Part shown: piece after piece, positions 1 to 14,899 of the stretch
How the letters are laid out: each line of letters begins with the position of its first letter
Position numbering within the stretch: the stretch's first letter is position 1
NCBI GenBank assembly: GCA_951406725.2
Contig: OX597821.1
Location: 26,474,001-26,538,000, forward strand
From: Octopus vulgaris
Taxonomy: Eukaryota
Length of the DNA stretch: 64,000 nucleotides
Reading direction: 5' to 3'
The notes under the pieces: generated by a model
Told to the model about the DNA's origin: nothing
The model's database searches: none
Seen by the model: only the letters and a program-made list of their open reading frames with translations
Position numbers and translations under genes: made by a program

Positions 1-459
1 TTTTCTTGCATATTTACTTTCATATTTACCTTCAGCAGTGTAGTGCAAAGTTTTGTGATATTTGGGATTCTATTTATTAAGGAAAGCGATTAAACACAAT
101 TTTTATTTGTTATTTCTTGACGAAAAAAAATTACTTTCGTGACGTCAACACAAACGCACATACAGAATTCACACACATATAATGAATGTCATGGCATATC
201 AATCAACAAAAACACTCGTCTGCTATCTGTGACATGTATACACACATAGTCCTCGCGTTCTCTAAGGAAAAAATCGACTTTTTGACGTACACAATATTCT
301 AAATAATTTAGAAATAGTTTTAACTGAATGCAATTTCCAAACTATAAGTTTTTTGTACAGGAAGTATTTATATTTTAGCTTTCTTTAAACAGACAATATT
401 TTAATGTTTTTTAAAAAATGTTTTCAAGCAAATGGCTAGCTTTTGTTTATCATCCAGAG

Positions 460-528
<69 letters not shown>

Positions 529-530
<2 letters not shown>

Positions 531-690
531 CGTAGAAGTGGGTGTGTGGTAAGTAGCTTGCTTAGCAACCACATGGTTCCGGTTTCAGTCCCACTACGTG
601 GTACCTTGGGCAAATGTCTTCTACTATAGCCTCGGGCCGACCAAACCCTTGTGAGTGGACTTGGTAGACGGAAACTGAAAGAAGCCCGTA
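529..690 (+). mobile_element. tRNA-derived SINE family A, 5' part; other copies at ~2143-2306 (+), 39050-39215 (-) and 40757-40905 (-)
   Basis: tRNA-like head (TGTGTGGTAAG...GGTTC..GTCCCACT) followed by ACCTTGGGCAA and a shared body ending GAAAGAAGCCCGT; recurs in the window. Confidence 0.8.
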
Positions 691-696
691 GTATAC

Positions 697-747
<51 letters not shown>

Positions 748-748
748 C

Positions 749-970
749 GTTTCAGTCATTTGACTGCAGCCGTGCTGGAGCACCGCCTTCAGTCGAACAA
801 ATTGACCCCAGGACTTATTCTTTGTAAGCCTAGTACTTATTCTCTTTTGCCGAACCGCTAAGTTACGGGGACGTAAACATACCAACATCGGTTGTCAAGC
901 GATGCTGCAGGGGCAATTTGTTCGAGTAAAGACGATGCTCCAGCATGGCTGCAGTCAAATGACTGAAACA
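749..970 (-). mobile_element. SINE family A 3' part; other copies at ~20710-20885 (+), 38810-39000 (-) and 58790-58960 (+)
   Basis: Shared CTCCAGCATGGCCGCAGTCAAATGACTGAAAC motif. This copy has the motif at both ends in inverted orientation. Confidence 0.7.
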
Positions 971-1105
971 AATATAAGATTAAAAGAATATATATATATA
1001 TATTTCCAAGGTGGGGAAGCAAAACTTGCAATAATTGCTGTAATGTTTGAAACCCTTTCATTGTGAATTAATAGTTTTAGTAATTAAAAGATTGTTTAAT
1101 AACAT

Positions 1106-1770
1106 TCACATGCAATTACAAAACGAATAATTTATTTTATGTGGCTTCCATTGTTTGTAATTACGGACTCCACACGGACCCGGAAACCCGCAACAAATCT
1201 TCATCACGAAGTCACTGGACATCCTGGCATATTCTTCATTGATGGCAGCCTTCAGAGAGTTGATGTCGGGTTTTGTTGGTAGCATGCTCCAAAAGTTTGA
1301 TTTGCAGAAATTCTGTACCCTCTTGGCAGTATAGCTGGGTGTACCATCCTGGATCCACACATAATTGCCCTCCGGGTAGCTGACCTTGAACCATGGCAAA
1401 TCATGGTATCTCAGCGTCTTGTAGTAGGCTTCAGCATCCATCTTTTCTCCAGGCTTGCAGAAGTAGATGAGCATCTTTCTTCCGTCGGAGGCCCCAACAC
1501 CGAAGGCCATGACATGGGCTGGAAGTTTTGTTCTGACGGTGCCCCTGGCGTCAGCTGTTGATTCCACACTGTACTGGTCGTTTCTGCAGTTCACAACCGC
1601 ATCTACTGTGAAGATTTCTCACCAGAGAAAATTTTCCTAGTGGACCCGTGCTTCTTGAGGTATGTGAGAACCATTCTGCATCTCTTCAATCTCCTGGCCT
1701 TCAAAGGTTCTGTCAGTAGGTGTCTCGGTATCCTGATGTAGGACTTGAGGTCCAAGTCGTTATTCACAAG
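1106..1770 (-). mobile_element. Decayed IS630-Tc1-mariner transposase fragment
   Basis: TKLPAHVMAFG..ASDG...Y..TL...YVWIQDGTPSYTAK matches the xQDxAPxH catalytic region; frameshifts and deletions. Confidence 0.8.
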
Positions 1771-2305
1771 TGTTGAAACAAATTTTGTTGTTTGTGTATT
1801 AAAATTATGATATAAATTTTAGTTATATATGCACACACACCTACATGCGCGCGCACGCACATGTAAGTATACAATAACTTAAGACTGTTTGCTTGCTTGT
1901 AAAATAACAAAGTGAAAAGTGAAATCATAACATAAGGTTAGCGAATTAGAAATACAGAAATGTCACTAATGCATTCAAGCATACATTCACATGACTTAAT
2001 GTTATATACAAAAGCACAATGATATGTCATATACAAACACAATTGTAGGCAAGCATAAACACGTCGCCTAGAACCTGTCGCGATAATGATATAAAATGCA
2101 GTGTAATATAGTGACAGATCAATAAAATATATCTAATAATATAGGCGCAGGCGTGGCTGCGTGGTAAGAAGCTTGCTTTCCAGCCACATGGTTCCGAGTT
2201 CAGTCCCACTGCGTGGTACCTTTGACAAGCGTCTTCTACTATAGCCTCGGGCCGACCAAAGCCTTGTGACTGGACTTGGTAGACGGAAACTGAAAGAAGC
2301 CCGTC

Positions 2306-2347
<42 letters not shown>

Positions 2348-4699
2348 ACAAGGCTGCGTGGCGTTCGATTATAAATAAATATTAAAAAATACACATTAAG
2401 TACAGGACATCACCAACGAGCGAAAAACACATAAACACACGAGAGATAAGTATAGGACAAAATACCTAAAAATGCACAAAAACAGGACATCAACAACGAG
2501 TGAAAGATACGTAAATACATAACGAGAGGCAAGTACGGGACAAAATATCAAAAGAAGTATAATTTCTCCTCAGCTGTCGACTGTTTATTACTCCCTATTT
2601 CGAGCTTTCAACGACAAACTTCATAAGACAGCAGCATCCAGAAATTTTAAAAATATAAAATTTATGGAGAGTTAGGGCTTTGAATGAACAAACAATTACA
2701 GAGTGGACATACAGAGTAAACAATTGACGAGGATAAACATTGAGAGCCGTTAGACCAAGACGCATTGTAATGGGTAATGCCTGGGAGAAATTGTGATATA
2801 GAATAAATAGAAGAGAATAAATAGTAGAAGATAAAAATGTTGGGAGGCGAGAGAAAGGACGTCCAGCTAGGTGGACTTCACGTCCATAAAAGACAGAGGT
2901 AAGAGAAATGGCCAGTAGTCACATGTGAGCAAACAGGCAGAGTGGAGGGGGACAAGAGAGAAGATAAGGAAAAGAAACAAAGGGAGTAAGAAGGAGGGAG
3001 AAGGAACACGAAAGATGGTTGGGAGTGGAAGAAAGACTGGGGACAGCAAAGAACGATGGGAAGAAACGGAAAATTAAGAGGATTATAAAGGGATAGAGAA
3101 AACAGAGTGTGGAGACGCAGAATGTGATATTTGTTTCAGGGGAAAAGTCTGCACAGTACTCAGTCTGTAGTTCATTTCACTACACTGCAGTGCGGCTTTG
3201 CAACTTATTTAAATTCCAGATCTTCCTTCCAGAATGACTTCGGATCACTCCAGGAGGAACATTCACAAACTTCTTATGATATTCCATGCCACAATGCACA
3301 GCAAGTGGGCTTAATGTAAATTTACTAGTGATAATTCTACAATCTTGTAATTCCTTTCGATAAAAATACCTTCGGTTTAATACTCGCAGCTTTAATACCC
3401 GTGAGTATCTTTCATCGGCCCTTCCCGTAGATTTTCTGTTGTCTTGAAAGTATAGCTGGAGGTTAGTGAATTCATTATTTATTTTGCACCTCATGATAAT
3501 ACCTAGTTACGCAGTGGGGTTTTTTTCTGAGCCTGTCGATGTATTTTTTGGAGGAAAATGGTTCAGTTTTGGTTGTATTATTTCCATCTGTTGGCAAATC
3601 CTAATTTCCTCACCATAAAACATCTAACGGCTAGACACTGGAGCCGCAACTTGAACCTGGTGTTCTTTAGCAACTGGATCTATAACATATAACGACTTGT
3701 GTCACTGCCATTCTTTTATTTTAGAAGCATTGCTTAAACCGTGTAGAAAAAATTGTGATTTGATCTCTTGGCATCCTTCACTCCTTTCTATTTATTTGTA
3801 AACTTCGGGTCCGTGTAATAGTTATAGTTCTATTTCCGTTATCACTATTATTTTTGCCTTGGTTGTGTCTTGCATTTTCACCAATTTTTCCAGAGAGCAC
3901 ACTCTACAAGGCCGTTGATATTGTTATTTGCTATGAAAGTTGATTTTGCTAGTTATAGTACTATATTTCTTCGCATTAAAGTAACTTGCTGGCTCACAGG
4001 CTTTGCGCTAAAATATGAATTGTTGGATTATTTTAGACCCCAATGGCACTTTATCCTCTTCACTTAACTGCCCGAATGCATATTTCCTTTTCTTTTCGTA
4101 GAACTAGTGTAAGTCATGAGCCAACCTAACAACTTCACTGGCTTAATTCCTCATTTGCAAAATATGATATTACTCAGTTGCTCTAATGGATTTTTCTGGG
4201 TCTATCGATATCCTTTTTTTTTTTGCAGGCAGGTGGTCCATTTTGGTTGTGTACTTATTTTTTCTTCATCTCTATAACTCGCCATCTGTTGGTGAACAGT
4301 AATTGTCACTCAGTAAGGCATTGATAGGCAGAACCGGGAGCTTTGTACCAATTCCACGACTTGCCATAGATGATCAGGTTTTCGTTTTTGCCAAGTCGAT
4401 TGTAGTAACAGCCCACGCATTCTCTACCAGTTAAATTTCAGTGCTTTCTTATGTTTTATTCAAAAAAGCTAACTTATTTTTTGTCAGAATTGTATCAATG
4501 AAATGTATTGTAATGGGTACTATTAATATCACCAAAAAAAAAAAAAAAAAAAAGACAATACTCTACGTAGACATTTTAGCACCATTACGTACGTTATGTA
4601 TGTATGTTCTGTTCTGTTTTTAATTATGTGAACATTTTCCCTGAGAAACAAGCTGATTACTATAACAAAGATACAAAGCAATGTAAAAAAAAACAAACA

Positions 4700-7100
4700 A
4701 AATAAAAAAAAAACAAATCCACATTTCAAACTCGAGAAAAGTCGTGCATATTTTTACTGCTCCACTTTCAGATTGTATTTGTAATGTGCAAATTAGCTGG
4801 TTGATTTCTTATTCTGAAAACCCTTGTTTATCTAGATTGCCGCTTGAAAATTTACTTAGTGGTATAAATGTGAATTTATAATCTGGGTTTGCATCTAAAA
4901 GTTTCAAAATAGTTCACTTTGATTTTCAGAGATATTCATATCAGCAGGGCAGCCGACTTCTATGACGGTATATACATTTTCATGTTTGTTCCAGACAACG
5001 ACAAAAGGCTTGTTACGTTTACCCTCGACAGAAATTTTGATCGGAATGTCCCACTAGTATACTTGTGTTAATGTTTGTATGTATTCTATAACAACGCGGT
5101 TCTCTCTGTTTATTCCAGGACAGTCCATTTTTTCCGAATGGCATTTTATATTGCTTTAACAGCATGTCTTGTTGCATATGGAGTTAATCCCTTGAGGATA
5201 TTTTTGGGCAGCTGCTAATCAAATGTGTGAGGTCTTCCAAATGAATATAACATAATCTGCTATTTCGTTTGTATATTGGGGCTCCAAGGGTTTCGCTGTT
5301 TCTTTTGATGACCAGGTATTTCGAAGTAATCTTTTGTTCTTGAATTGTAAATGCATCTCCTTCGAAGATATGATTTAACGGTCCAAGTGAGGCTACACTT
5401 CATGTCGACAACACTGTCTTTCTCAAGTCTTCGGTAGACACACTCATGCAAAGTCTTTCTTCGGTATGCTGAACGTTTCTCATCCAGATATTCTTTAAGG
5501 TATGTTAGTCCGGCTGTTTTGGGGTTGTACAGGAGGTCATTAGGAAGAGAGTGCTTCCTGAAAAGCTCACTGCCGACACACAAGATATTGCTCGCTTCAT
5601 TTTTCAGCATTAAGTTTATGTATTTCTTTTTTTTCTCTGCTAATGTTTAGCATGTGCTATCAGAACGAAACTATATGATATAAGAAAACTGTCTACATTG
5701 ATCTCAAGCGATGTTTTCTTAGGTAGAGCTGTTAGTATCACTGTTTCTGTGGAAGTTTCCAGTTGATGTCAGGAGCTTAAGAATTTACTCACAAAAGCAA
5801 GTGTATAAATGTGAATTTATAAACTGGGTTAGAACCTGAAGGTTTCAAACTAGTTGTCTGTAGTTACCCTCTTTCACCTTGAATTTCAAAGAGATATTCA
5901 CATCAACAAGACAGCTGACCTCTATGACGATACATACTTTTTCATGTTTGTCCCAAATAACAATAATAATCTTGGGAAGTTTAGTGTCTATGGACTGGAT
6001 TTCTCCTAAAGACAAATCAAATGTATCCCAAATATAGTTTTCGGTTTTGGAACTGAAAATGCATTGTGGGATATTGTCTTGTTGTAAGAGGAACGTTCCG
6101 ATTACCATAGTTGTCTAAGTTTGGTTTAATACTCTCGGATCATTTTATCTTTATTTACAGAACGCTCGAATAATATATTTTTATCAATGGCTAGGTATTT
6201 GTAGCATTCTTTGTGTAGAACAAAAGAGATAGAGAGACCATTGTTGCACAGGTTTTGGATATGCGAGTCGCATTTTCCACGTACAACTATGAAATACATA
6301 TATTTCTTTTGGCGCTAAATTCCATTCCCATGTCAGCTGAAAATGTTATCAAGTTCAGTTGTTTTTTTTATATTGTTAAGATTTTTAGCATTGATTTTCA
6401 GTTCTTCCATATATAAATTACAAGTTATGTTAATATCACTAGCAGTTGTGGACCGAAGCATGTAGCCATTTGATGTTTGCAGCGGGAATCATAATAAATT
6501 CAATGCCAAAATGAACAGAATTACAGAGAGACTATCTCCTTAGAATATTTCCTTTGGCATATTTATAAGATTGGAGACGATCGCTCCGCTCTCAGTTGTA
6601 AGTGTGAGAATTGTTGTACAGGTGTTTGTGAGCCTGTCATTGAAAGTAGCTAAGATAGCAGATACTTTTGCCAAAAGCAGACTCTTCAGTAGCCATGAGT
6701 GGAGAAGAGAACCAAATGCTTACCTGTAATCAAGCCTTATTGTCAGAAGGTTTCAAGGCTTCTACAGTGTCTCTGACTCCGGACAATACAGCTTTGTTGT
6801 TTAAAAGTTCTTTGGCCTACACCCACACTCCCGTGTTCCACCCGCCTGATATCAGGCACAATGGTCCTACAAGAATTACTTGAGACAGCTTGTGTAGAGT
6901 TTGCGCATAATGTATAGGCAAGCATCAGACCTATAATTTTCTACCAACTCTGTAGTTTCATTCTTGACCGCAGGATTCGTCTTAGGTATAGCAAAATAAT
7001 TCGGTATGTCAATACGACCTTCCATAGTCATTTTGAATATGCTTATTAATAGTTTTCTGTAAAATATTAGCCTCTACTACCAATATCCAGCTATCAGTTA
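4700..7100 (-). mobile_element. Highly decayed non-LTR retrotransposon fragments (RLE-type, R4/CRE-like)
   Basis: IWDKHEKVCIVIEVSCLVDVNI resembles the PD..D/E restriction-like endonuclease region. A related block recurs at ~4860-4995 and ~5800-5960. Confidence 0.5.
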
Positions 7101-7480
7101 CCTATTCCCGGTGCCTTCCTTTTATGTAATTTGCCTACAGCTATAGTCAATCTCGTTTGTTTTACTTTCGATGTTGGTACAATGTTCTCTCCTGCCTGTA
7201 TTTACTCACTATACATTAAGATTGAAATATATTTCCTTTTCATTCCAGATTTTACACCAGAATGATTCAGTTTGTATATATGTATGCCATTATTCAGTTT
7301 ATTTCAAGATTTCTTGCCAATAGTGAAAGAACCGGTTTCTAACCCAGATCCAAGGCTCCTTCATTGGTATTTCATCATCAACAATAGGGTGTTTTTGTAT
7401 GTATGTATGTATGCTTGCATGTGCAGATTTGTATGTTTTATGTGTGTGTTCTCATGCATATAGTTGCATATCTAGACATG

Positions 7481-7552
<72 letters not shown>

Positions 7553-7657
7553 CGTGACCGACCAGGCTATCAGATGTTGCTACACATCGCTGGTCACAAT
7601 GCGCTTCACATTGTCTTAGCCTTCAAATGACGCCACCCCGCTGTCTAAGCGAGCAGG

Positions 7658-7693
<36 letters not shown>

Positions 7694-7861
7694 GAGTAAA
7701 TATATGGCACACACACACATATATATATATATATATGTTTATATATATATATATATATATATATGTTTATATATATATATGTATATATGTTAGTGTGTGA
7801 GAGTGTATATTCTTTTACAAAGTCATACGCATGCATTTGCATATATGCACACACACACACA

Positions 7862-7922
<61 letters not shown>

Positions 7923-8489
7923 ATACTTCTTGAGTTTCGACATCGCAGCCGATACGCTCATTTCCATTGGTCGTCGTATTTGCTTTTTGTGCCCGTTCAC
8001 TGCAATATTTACTTGTGAACACATGTATTGGGAATTTACTTAACTCAGATTTTCTTTATACACTTACTGATACCAGCAACATGTGACTGGTAAAACGACC
8101 TAACAGAAGTGACTAAGTCTTTTTTGTTTATTTATTTATTTATTTATTTTTAAATAGGCCAAAGAAATTCTTTTTTTTTTTCATCAATGTAAAGAATTAA
8201 AATATTTTCCTTTGTTCGTCTCTCTCTGTCTGACAGTTTTAATCTTTATAAGTTGTTGGCGCATTTGTTTGTTTTCTATACCTCCGTTCTCCCTGAAAGT
8301 CTATATATGAACATACATACATATATGAATACATAAACATTCACATGCACACATTAATGTGTACAGAGTATAGATTCTCTCTCTCTCACACACACATATA
8401 TATACATACATATATAAAACTGTCTGATGAACGGCAACGAGAAACTCAGAGTAACAGATTTTGTTGAATTTTCTGCTGCTTAAAATAAA

Positions 8490-8547
<58 letters not shown>

Positions 8548-9258
8548 CTCGGCCTGCTCGCTTAGCCAGCGAGGTGGCGTCATTTGAAGGCTAAAACAAT
8601 GCGAAGTGCCTTGTGACCAGCGATATGTAGCAACATCTGATAGCCTGGTCGGTCACGGTGACGGTGATATATATACTAGCTGAATAGCCCGTCGTTGCCG
8701 GGCAATTTTTACAATAGAATGTTTTGTACAAATTTTTGTTTATTCCATGTCAGACCACGACTTCCCCGACAGATAGGCCTCTTGATTAGGACAGATTTGT
8801 GTAATTTTCCGAAAAAAAAAACAAAAAACACTTCGATGAGGATTTTTCCCTTTTAAAATTATCTACGTCTGTTCGACCATTTCAGATGACTATATTCATT
8901 AAGACTTGTTAAAACTTCAGTTCTTACCACTTTGGTCGTCGTAATGCTTTGCTGTCGTCTGTTTAATAAACATTCCTCCTCGTAATGATTTTGCTTTCAT
9001 CTTGTGATAGGCGGCTATCATGCTGAAAATGCCAGCTTCTAAATCCTGCTTTCTGATTAGGTAAAATTGATTAAATTTTAAACTTCAGTAACATTTCTCT
9101 GCATTTTTCCTGGAACAAATGAATGACAAAATCGGATTTAACGGGTAAAATTTATTTCAATTTACCAAATTTGAAAGTTTTGACGTAATTTTAAAATTTC
9201 ACAATATGTGACAGCAACACGAAAGACCCTACAAAAGTAGAGTGACAGACATTTATAG

Positions 9259-9312
<54 letters not shown>

Positions 9313-9447
9313 TACGCACACACACACACACGCACGCATACACGCATCTACAAGCGTACACAAGAGTTAAATGGTGTATAGTAGACATATATATCTATGT
9401 AGGCATGTATGTATGTATGTATGTATGTATGTATGTATATATGTATA

Positions 9448-9489
<42 letters not shown>

Positions 9490-9493
<4 letters not shown>

Positions 9494-11055
9494 AGGTCAC
9501 TTTCGAGTGCTACTCGTAATATTAACCCAGTACAACCTGTTGCATGGTCGGGTTGTCCGCGACTAATCCGGCAACCCCACCAAGCTTGCTTGGTGAGGAG
9601 GATGTTTATTGGTATGTCTTAACGCTGTATCATGCGCGGGGACATAGAAATAATCGGACTGAATACCCGATCGCGCGGTTAAGCCATTGGGAGTGAAGGA
9701 CTCCTAGCCTTTGTTAGGGCATCCTTCTAGGAGAAGGTAACTCAGGTAACTGGGATAACTCCGACATAAAACCTGCGGCTCAGTGGTTACCGATGATGTT
9801 GACTTGTTCTTCGTTTCGGATTATGGCTGCTGTTGTTTAGTGAGTGGGATTGACTCTGTGCACAGCCTTTCCTCACTTTAAAAAAATCTTCTTGCATAGG
9901 CATTGCACGATAACAACATTGATTAAGCTTCGTGCAATGGCCATACTCGATAACGAGGGGTTAGCCACCATGTATGTATACTAAATCGAGCAGGTGTGCC
10001 TGAAAGAAGATCAGCTCTAGTAACTAAGGAGCCAAGGTGCCTTAATGTTGATATTGCAGCTCTTTCTGAAACAAGATGTTCAGATGAAGATTATCTTGTC
10101 AAAAGAGCAGCAAGTTTCACACTATTCTAGGTTGGGAAGCCAAAGGTAGAGAAAAGGGAAGGTGGTGTTGGGTTTGCAATTAGAAGTGATTTACTAAAAG
10201 AGCTAGAGCAACCACAAAGCATAAATACACGCGTAATGAAACGCCAGATCCCTCTTTCTTGTGGGCCTTTTGGAACTGTTTTCTCTATTTATGCTCCTAC
10301 ACTTTCAGCTAGTGAGGAAAATATCCACGTATTTTATGAGGAGCTTGGAAGAAGTGTCTGGCAGTCCCTTTGAATGAGAAGTTGGTTGTACTTGGAAACT
10401 TTAATGTACGTGTTGGTAGAGGTACTTGGAATGTACTTGAGCATTATGAAATAGGAAAGGTGAACTTACAATGAGTTGCATCTGCTACAAATGTGCTCTG
10501 CGCTAGAACAGATTGTTGGGAATACTGTCTTTCATCACAAGATGAAACATAAAGTTACCCGAATTCACCCAAGATCAAAACAAGGTTACATGATTGACTT
10601 TATATTAACTCGGAAATCTGACTTACAAGATTTGTACAGTTTCAGAGTATTGCGAGGTGCTGATTGTGATACTGATCGCAAAATGGTTAGGGCTAAGTTC
10701 AGGGTCCGTAAGAAGATTCGTATTGCAGGTGTGCGAGTACCAAAGAAAATTGATGTAGAGCAGCTAAAATAACCACAAGCTTTGAAATTGTTTCAGAATA
10801 GATGCAGCAATGTTCCTTTTGAAGGTTCATGGCAATCTTTCCGTGATGGAATATTTAAAATGGGATCAGAGGTGTTATGTTTTAAGAGGAGACAACACCG
10901 AAACTAATTTGATTCCAATGATACAGTGATAAATGAGCTTTTAGCAACAAAGCGGTCCATTCATGAAAAGATTCTTGACCCAAACGTAAGAACAAAGTGA
11001 AAGTAGAAAAGCTGTACAAGTCTCAGAAAGCGGACTTGCAAAAAGAACTCAGGAG
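9490..11055 (+). mobile_element. RTE (BovB-like) LINE 5' part, apurinic endonuclease domain, decayed
   Basis: DIAALSETR-, IYAPT- and HPRSK...IDFIL..K.D...V.RGADCDTD.KMV-like motifs with stops and frameshifts. Confidence 0.8.
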
Positions 11056-11059
11056 TCTT

Positions 11060-11648
11060 TATACTGTACTTCCTCAGACAACAACGTTTGTTTTTGAAAG
11101 TAGTGGTTTTCTGATTGCAGCCCTCCCGTGAAATCCGGCTCTTTGCAGCTCCCGGCGAACAGTTTTTGTGGAAACTGGGTTCTCAAGGTGGTCATTAAGC
11201 TCTGCAGTACTTTTTGGGAGCTGTACTTTTGTGGTCCTTTCTAACGATTCGCGAAGAGTCTGACGGTCCCTATGTGAAAGTTTTAGTTTTCCTCCGAAGT
11301 TTTGTTTCGACGAGGAGGTTTTTCCCTCTTTCTCAAAGGCTGTTATTACTTTCGAGACAGTACTTCTTGATACACCAAACATTTCGGCTGTTTTCTTTAC
11401 GCTAGCGCCTGCCATATGAGCACCAACAATTTTACCTCTTTGAAAGTCCGATAGATGTAATTTTAATGACTTTTAATTACTTTTTCTCTGATGATATCTG
11501 AAAAGAAACAGTAATTTTAGCAAAACATATTAAGCAACACTAATAATAAATCCAAAAGTATAAAAATAAACAAGCTTTTGGCGGTTTTATAGATATTTCA
11601 AAATTATGATGCTATGATGCTAGGTGTTTCCATTATTTTGTCCAACCG
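11060..11648 (-). mobile_element. Tc1 element 5' half (TIR remnant plus paired-like HTH DNA-binding region)
   Basis: IVGAHMAGASVKKTAEMFGVSRSTVSKV...VSTKTVRREL...GFHGRAAIRKPLLSK; TIR-like GGTTGGACAAAATAATGGAAACACC on the minus strand at ~11623-11647. Confidence 0.85.
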
Positions 11649-11990
11649 GCAAGAATAAATATATATATTTATTCTTGCCTGCCGGGACACATGTCAGGTC
11701 CCAAGGTATGTTTTTTGTGTTAATTTGTATGTACAGGAATGTTCTGAAGAGAAGAGTGGAACCGTATTTGTTCCTAACTTTGAAATTGCAATAGAGAATT
11801 AGCCTTTTATTTAAGTTTTGAATTTTATGTCATGTTGCCCACCGTCAGCTTTATTGTGAAGAGATAAAATACGAGTGGCTATAATGGCTTTTAGTGGTTT
11901 CGACTACTATTTCTAGACATGTAAGGGTTTTTGCAACCCTCTCCGATGTATTCATAATTATACACACTTCTTTTATATATATACACACTT

Positions 11991-12030
<40 letters not shown>

Positions 12031-13069
12031 TATGTTGGTGTGTGAGAGTGTACACACTCTTACAAACATATACACATGCATAAGGCATACACGCATACAC
12101 TCACATGCATACACACACACACACACTCACATGCACATACATGCATACTTCTCGAGTTTCTTGATCCTTATCCGCAGCCAATATGCTCACTTTCAGCTGA
12201 TATACAACAACAAATCATAATTCTCACAAGAGAATGTATTGGAATGACGAGAAGAAAATGTTTCAGTTTGTTGACCTGTGATATTAGATTTTTGGCCCAA
12301 TTGAAAAGATATAGATTATGTAATTATTTCACTTCTTACTGTATTTTGCACCAAGATAGGCATTTTATAATATTTCGCTGTCAGGACAGGTACTTTTGAT
12401 ATCTGTACGTATCTTTATTTCTCTTTTTTTTTTTTTAGATAAGCATTATCAACTCTGTCACATGAGACTTACTAGCTTTAAAATAGATAAAAACAATGAA
12501 TGCAAATGATTACAATTGACAAAAAATAAGGAAATCTCTGTTAAAGAGATAAGATTCAGCAAATATTAAATTGAGAACTAGTGACCTGTGATTATGCATA
12601 ACTTTATTATATGGCTGCAACCATAAAATGTTATTAAAATCTTGTGTATTCATCATTACAGGTTTTTACTGAAGATGCCGACGACCGCTCGGTTCAAAGT
12701 CTCTCTTGACCAGAAATGGCCTGAACTCTTTGCATGAACACCCTCCGAGTACATAACTCCATGTCCCCCTACATGGCCTTGTTTTTGCTTTTTGAGCCCC
12801 AAAAATTAAATTAAATTAAATTAAATTAAATTATATGTAAAAATGACGTTTAGAAAAATGAGGGGAAAAGGAACACTGATTTTATTTTTATGAAGCAGAT
12901 GGCTGGTTTATCTTGTTAAAAAAGACTTCGATCTTCAATACCGGTTTTCAAGATTAATTGTCTCGTTGTTCAATAAACGAAACCAAAGAATGATCGAATT
13001 TATATTGTAAATGGCTGAGAATTCCACTTCTACAGGTAGCTTTGTCTTCGAGCAAAATCAGCGTGACAT

Positions 13070-13390
13070 AATGCGTGGATTAGAGGTCAGGATATTCGAT
13101 TGACAATCGTAAAGTTGTGAGTTCGATTTCCAGCGGAACGTTGTGTCCTTGAGTAAGACACTTTATTTCATGTTGCTCCAGTTCACCCGGCTGGCAAATA
13201 TGAGTAGTAACTGTATTTCAAACGGCTAGCCTTGTCACATTCTGTGTCACTCCGAATCTCACTGAAAACTAAGTAAAGGGTACACGTGCCTGTGGAGTGC
13301 TCAGCCACTTGTACGTTAACTTCACGAGCAGGATATTCTGTTGATCTGATCAATTGGAACCCTGATCGTCGTAACGGACGGAGTACCAAT
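13070..13390 (+). mobile_element. tRNA-derived SINE sharing its 3' body with family B
   Basis: B-box GAGTTCGATT, TCCTTGAGTAAGACACTT and a body ending CGTCGTAACGGACGGAGT. Confidence 0.7.
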
Positions 13391-13849
13391 TGTTGCTGAC
13401 ATGCAACGGGCTTCCACACTTTTTCGCCTACACAAACTCACTCGTAAAACTTGGGTCGACCCGAGGCTAAAGTAAAAAAAACAAAACAAACAAAACCAAA
13501 AAACACCACTTGTCCAAGGTGGGATAGAACCCAGATGCCCATACTTGCAAAGTGATATTCCTATTCACTCGGTCATGCTTGCGCTGTATTACTTACCTTT
13601 TGTATCTTTGGATACACGCACTGAATGCTACCCGCTGGGGTTGATTAAACCGCATGTTAGCTCTAACAGAGCTGATATATAATCAAAGACTAACCCGATT
13701 TTGTTTTATATACATTTTATATATATAATTACATTATCGATTGTGTTCTTCCGTATTAAAAGGTCCAGTATAATTTGAGGGAATCAATGCATCGGCATCG
13801 GTATTACATGTCATAAGAAAAAGATTTGCTTTTAGGAGTTGAAATAACA

Positions 13850-14455
13850 TAAAAACCAAGTAGATTCCCTATGTATGTTATGCAAACCAAAAGACGAAAG
13901 TGTTACTCATATAATAAGCGAATGTAGCATGCTAGCACAGAAAGAATACAAGAAACGACATTTCAACCTAGGGAGAGTAATCCACTGGGAATTATGTAGA
14001 GAGTTAGGATTTGAACACACTGATAAATCGTATGAATATGAACTTAGTAAAGTAATAGAAAGTAAGAAATATAAGATGTTGAGGAACTTTAACATTCAGA
14101 CTGACAGAATAATAGAAGCTAGAAGGCCTGATTTAGTAATAGTAGATAAAGACAATAAAAGGTGGCAGATAATTGACTTTGCAGTCTCAAATGATGAGAA
14201 AATCAATATGAGAAGTATGGAGAAAAATAACTAAGTACCAGGACCTAGCCATTGAATTATAGAGACTAGGGAAAGTACGGATAATATATATCCCAGTGGT
14301 TATAGGTTTCATTAGGAACTATCCCTGAAGATTTAAACAAATGGATTGAGGAAATAGGCATAAAACCCAATTTAATACAACTCCAGGAAACAGTGTTATT
14401 AGGGACAGCTAAGATACTTAGGAGGATTTTTGGCATCTAAGATTACTTGTTTTTA
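13850..14455 (+). mobile_element. R4/Dong-like LINE 3' fragment (CCHC and restriction-like endonuclease)
   Basis: C...ESVTHIISEC..LAQKEYKKRH..LG.VIHWELC and RPDLVIVDK...IIDFAV; followed by a long (AAT)n. Confidence 0.85.
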
Positions 14456-14488
14456 GGAATTTTTTCCAACAGTCTGAACTGTTGTGTA

Positions 14489-14853
<365 letters not shown>

Positions 14854-14899
14854 AGCGGGGCTGCATCATAGCCATGTGTGTGTATGGTAGCATCATAGC

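Noticed and set aside
2380-2560. Short repeated units (ACAGGACATCA..AACGAG) resembling a CRISPR array
   Set aside because: Only two degenerate ~90 bp units in eukaryotic DNA, with no spacer structure or cas genes.
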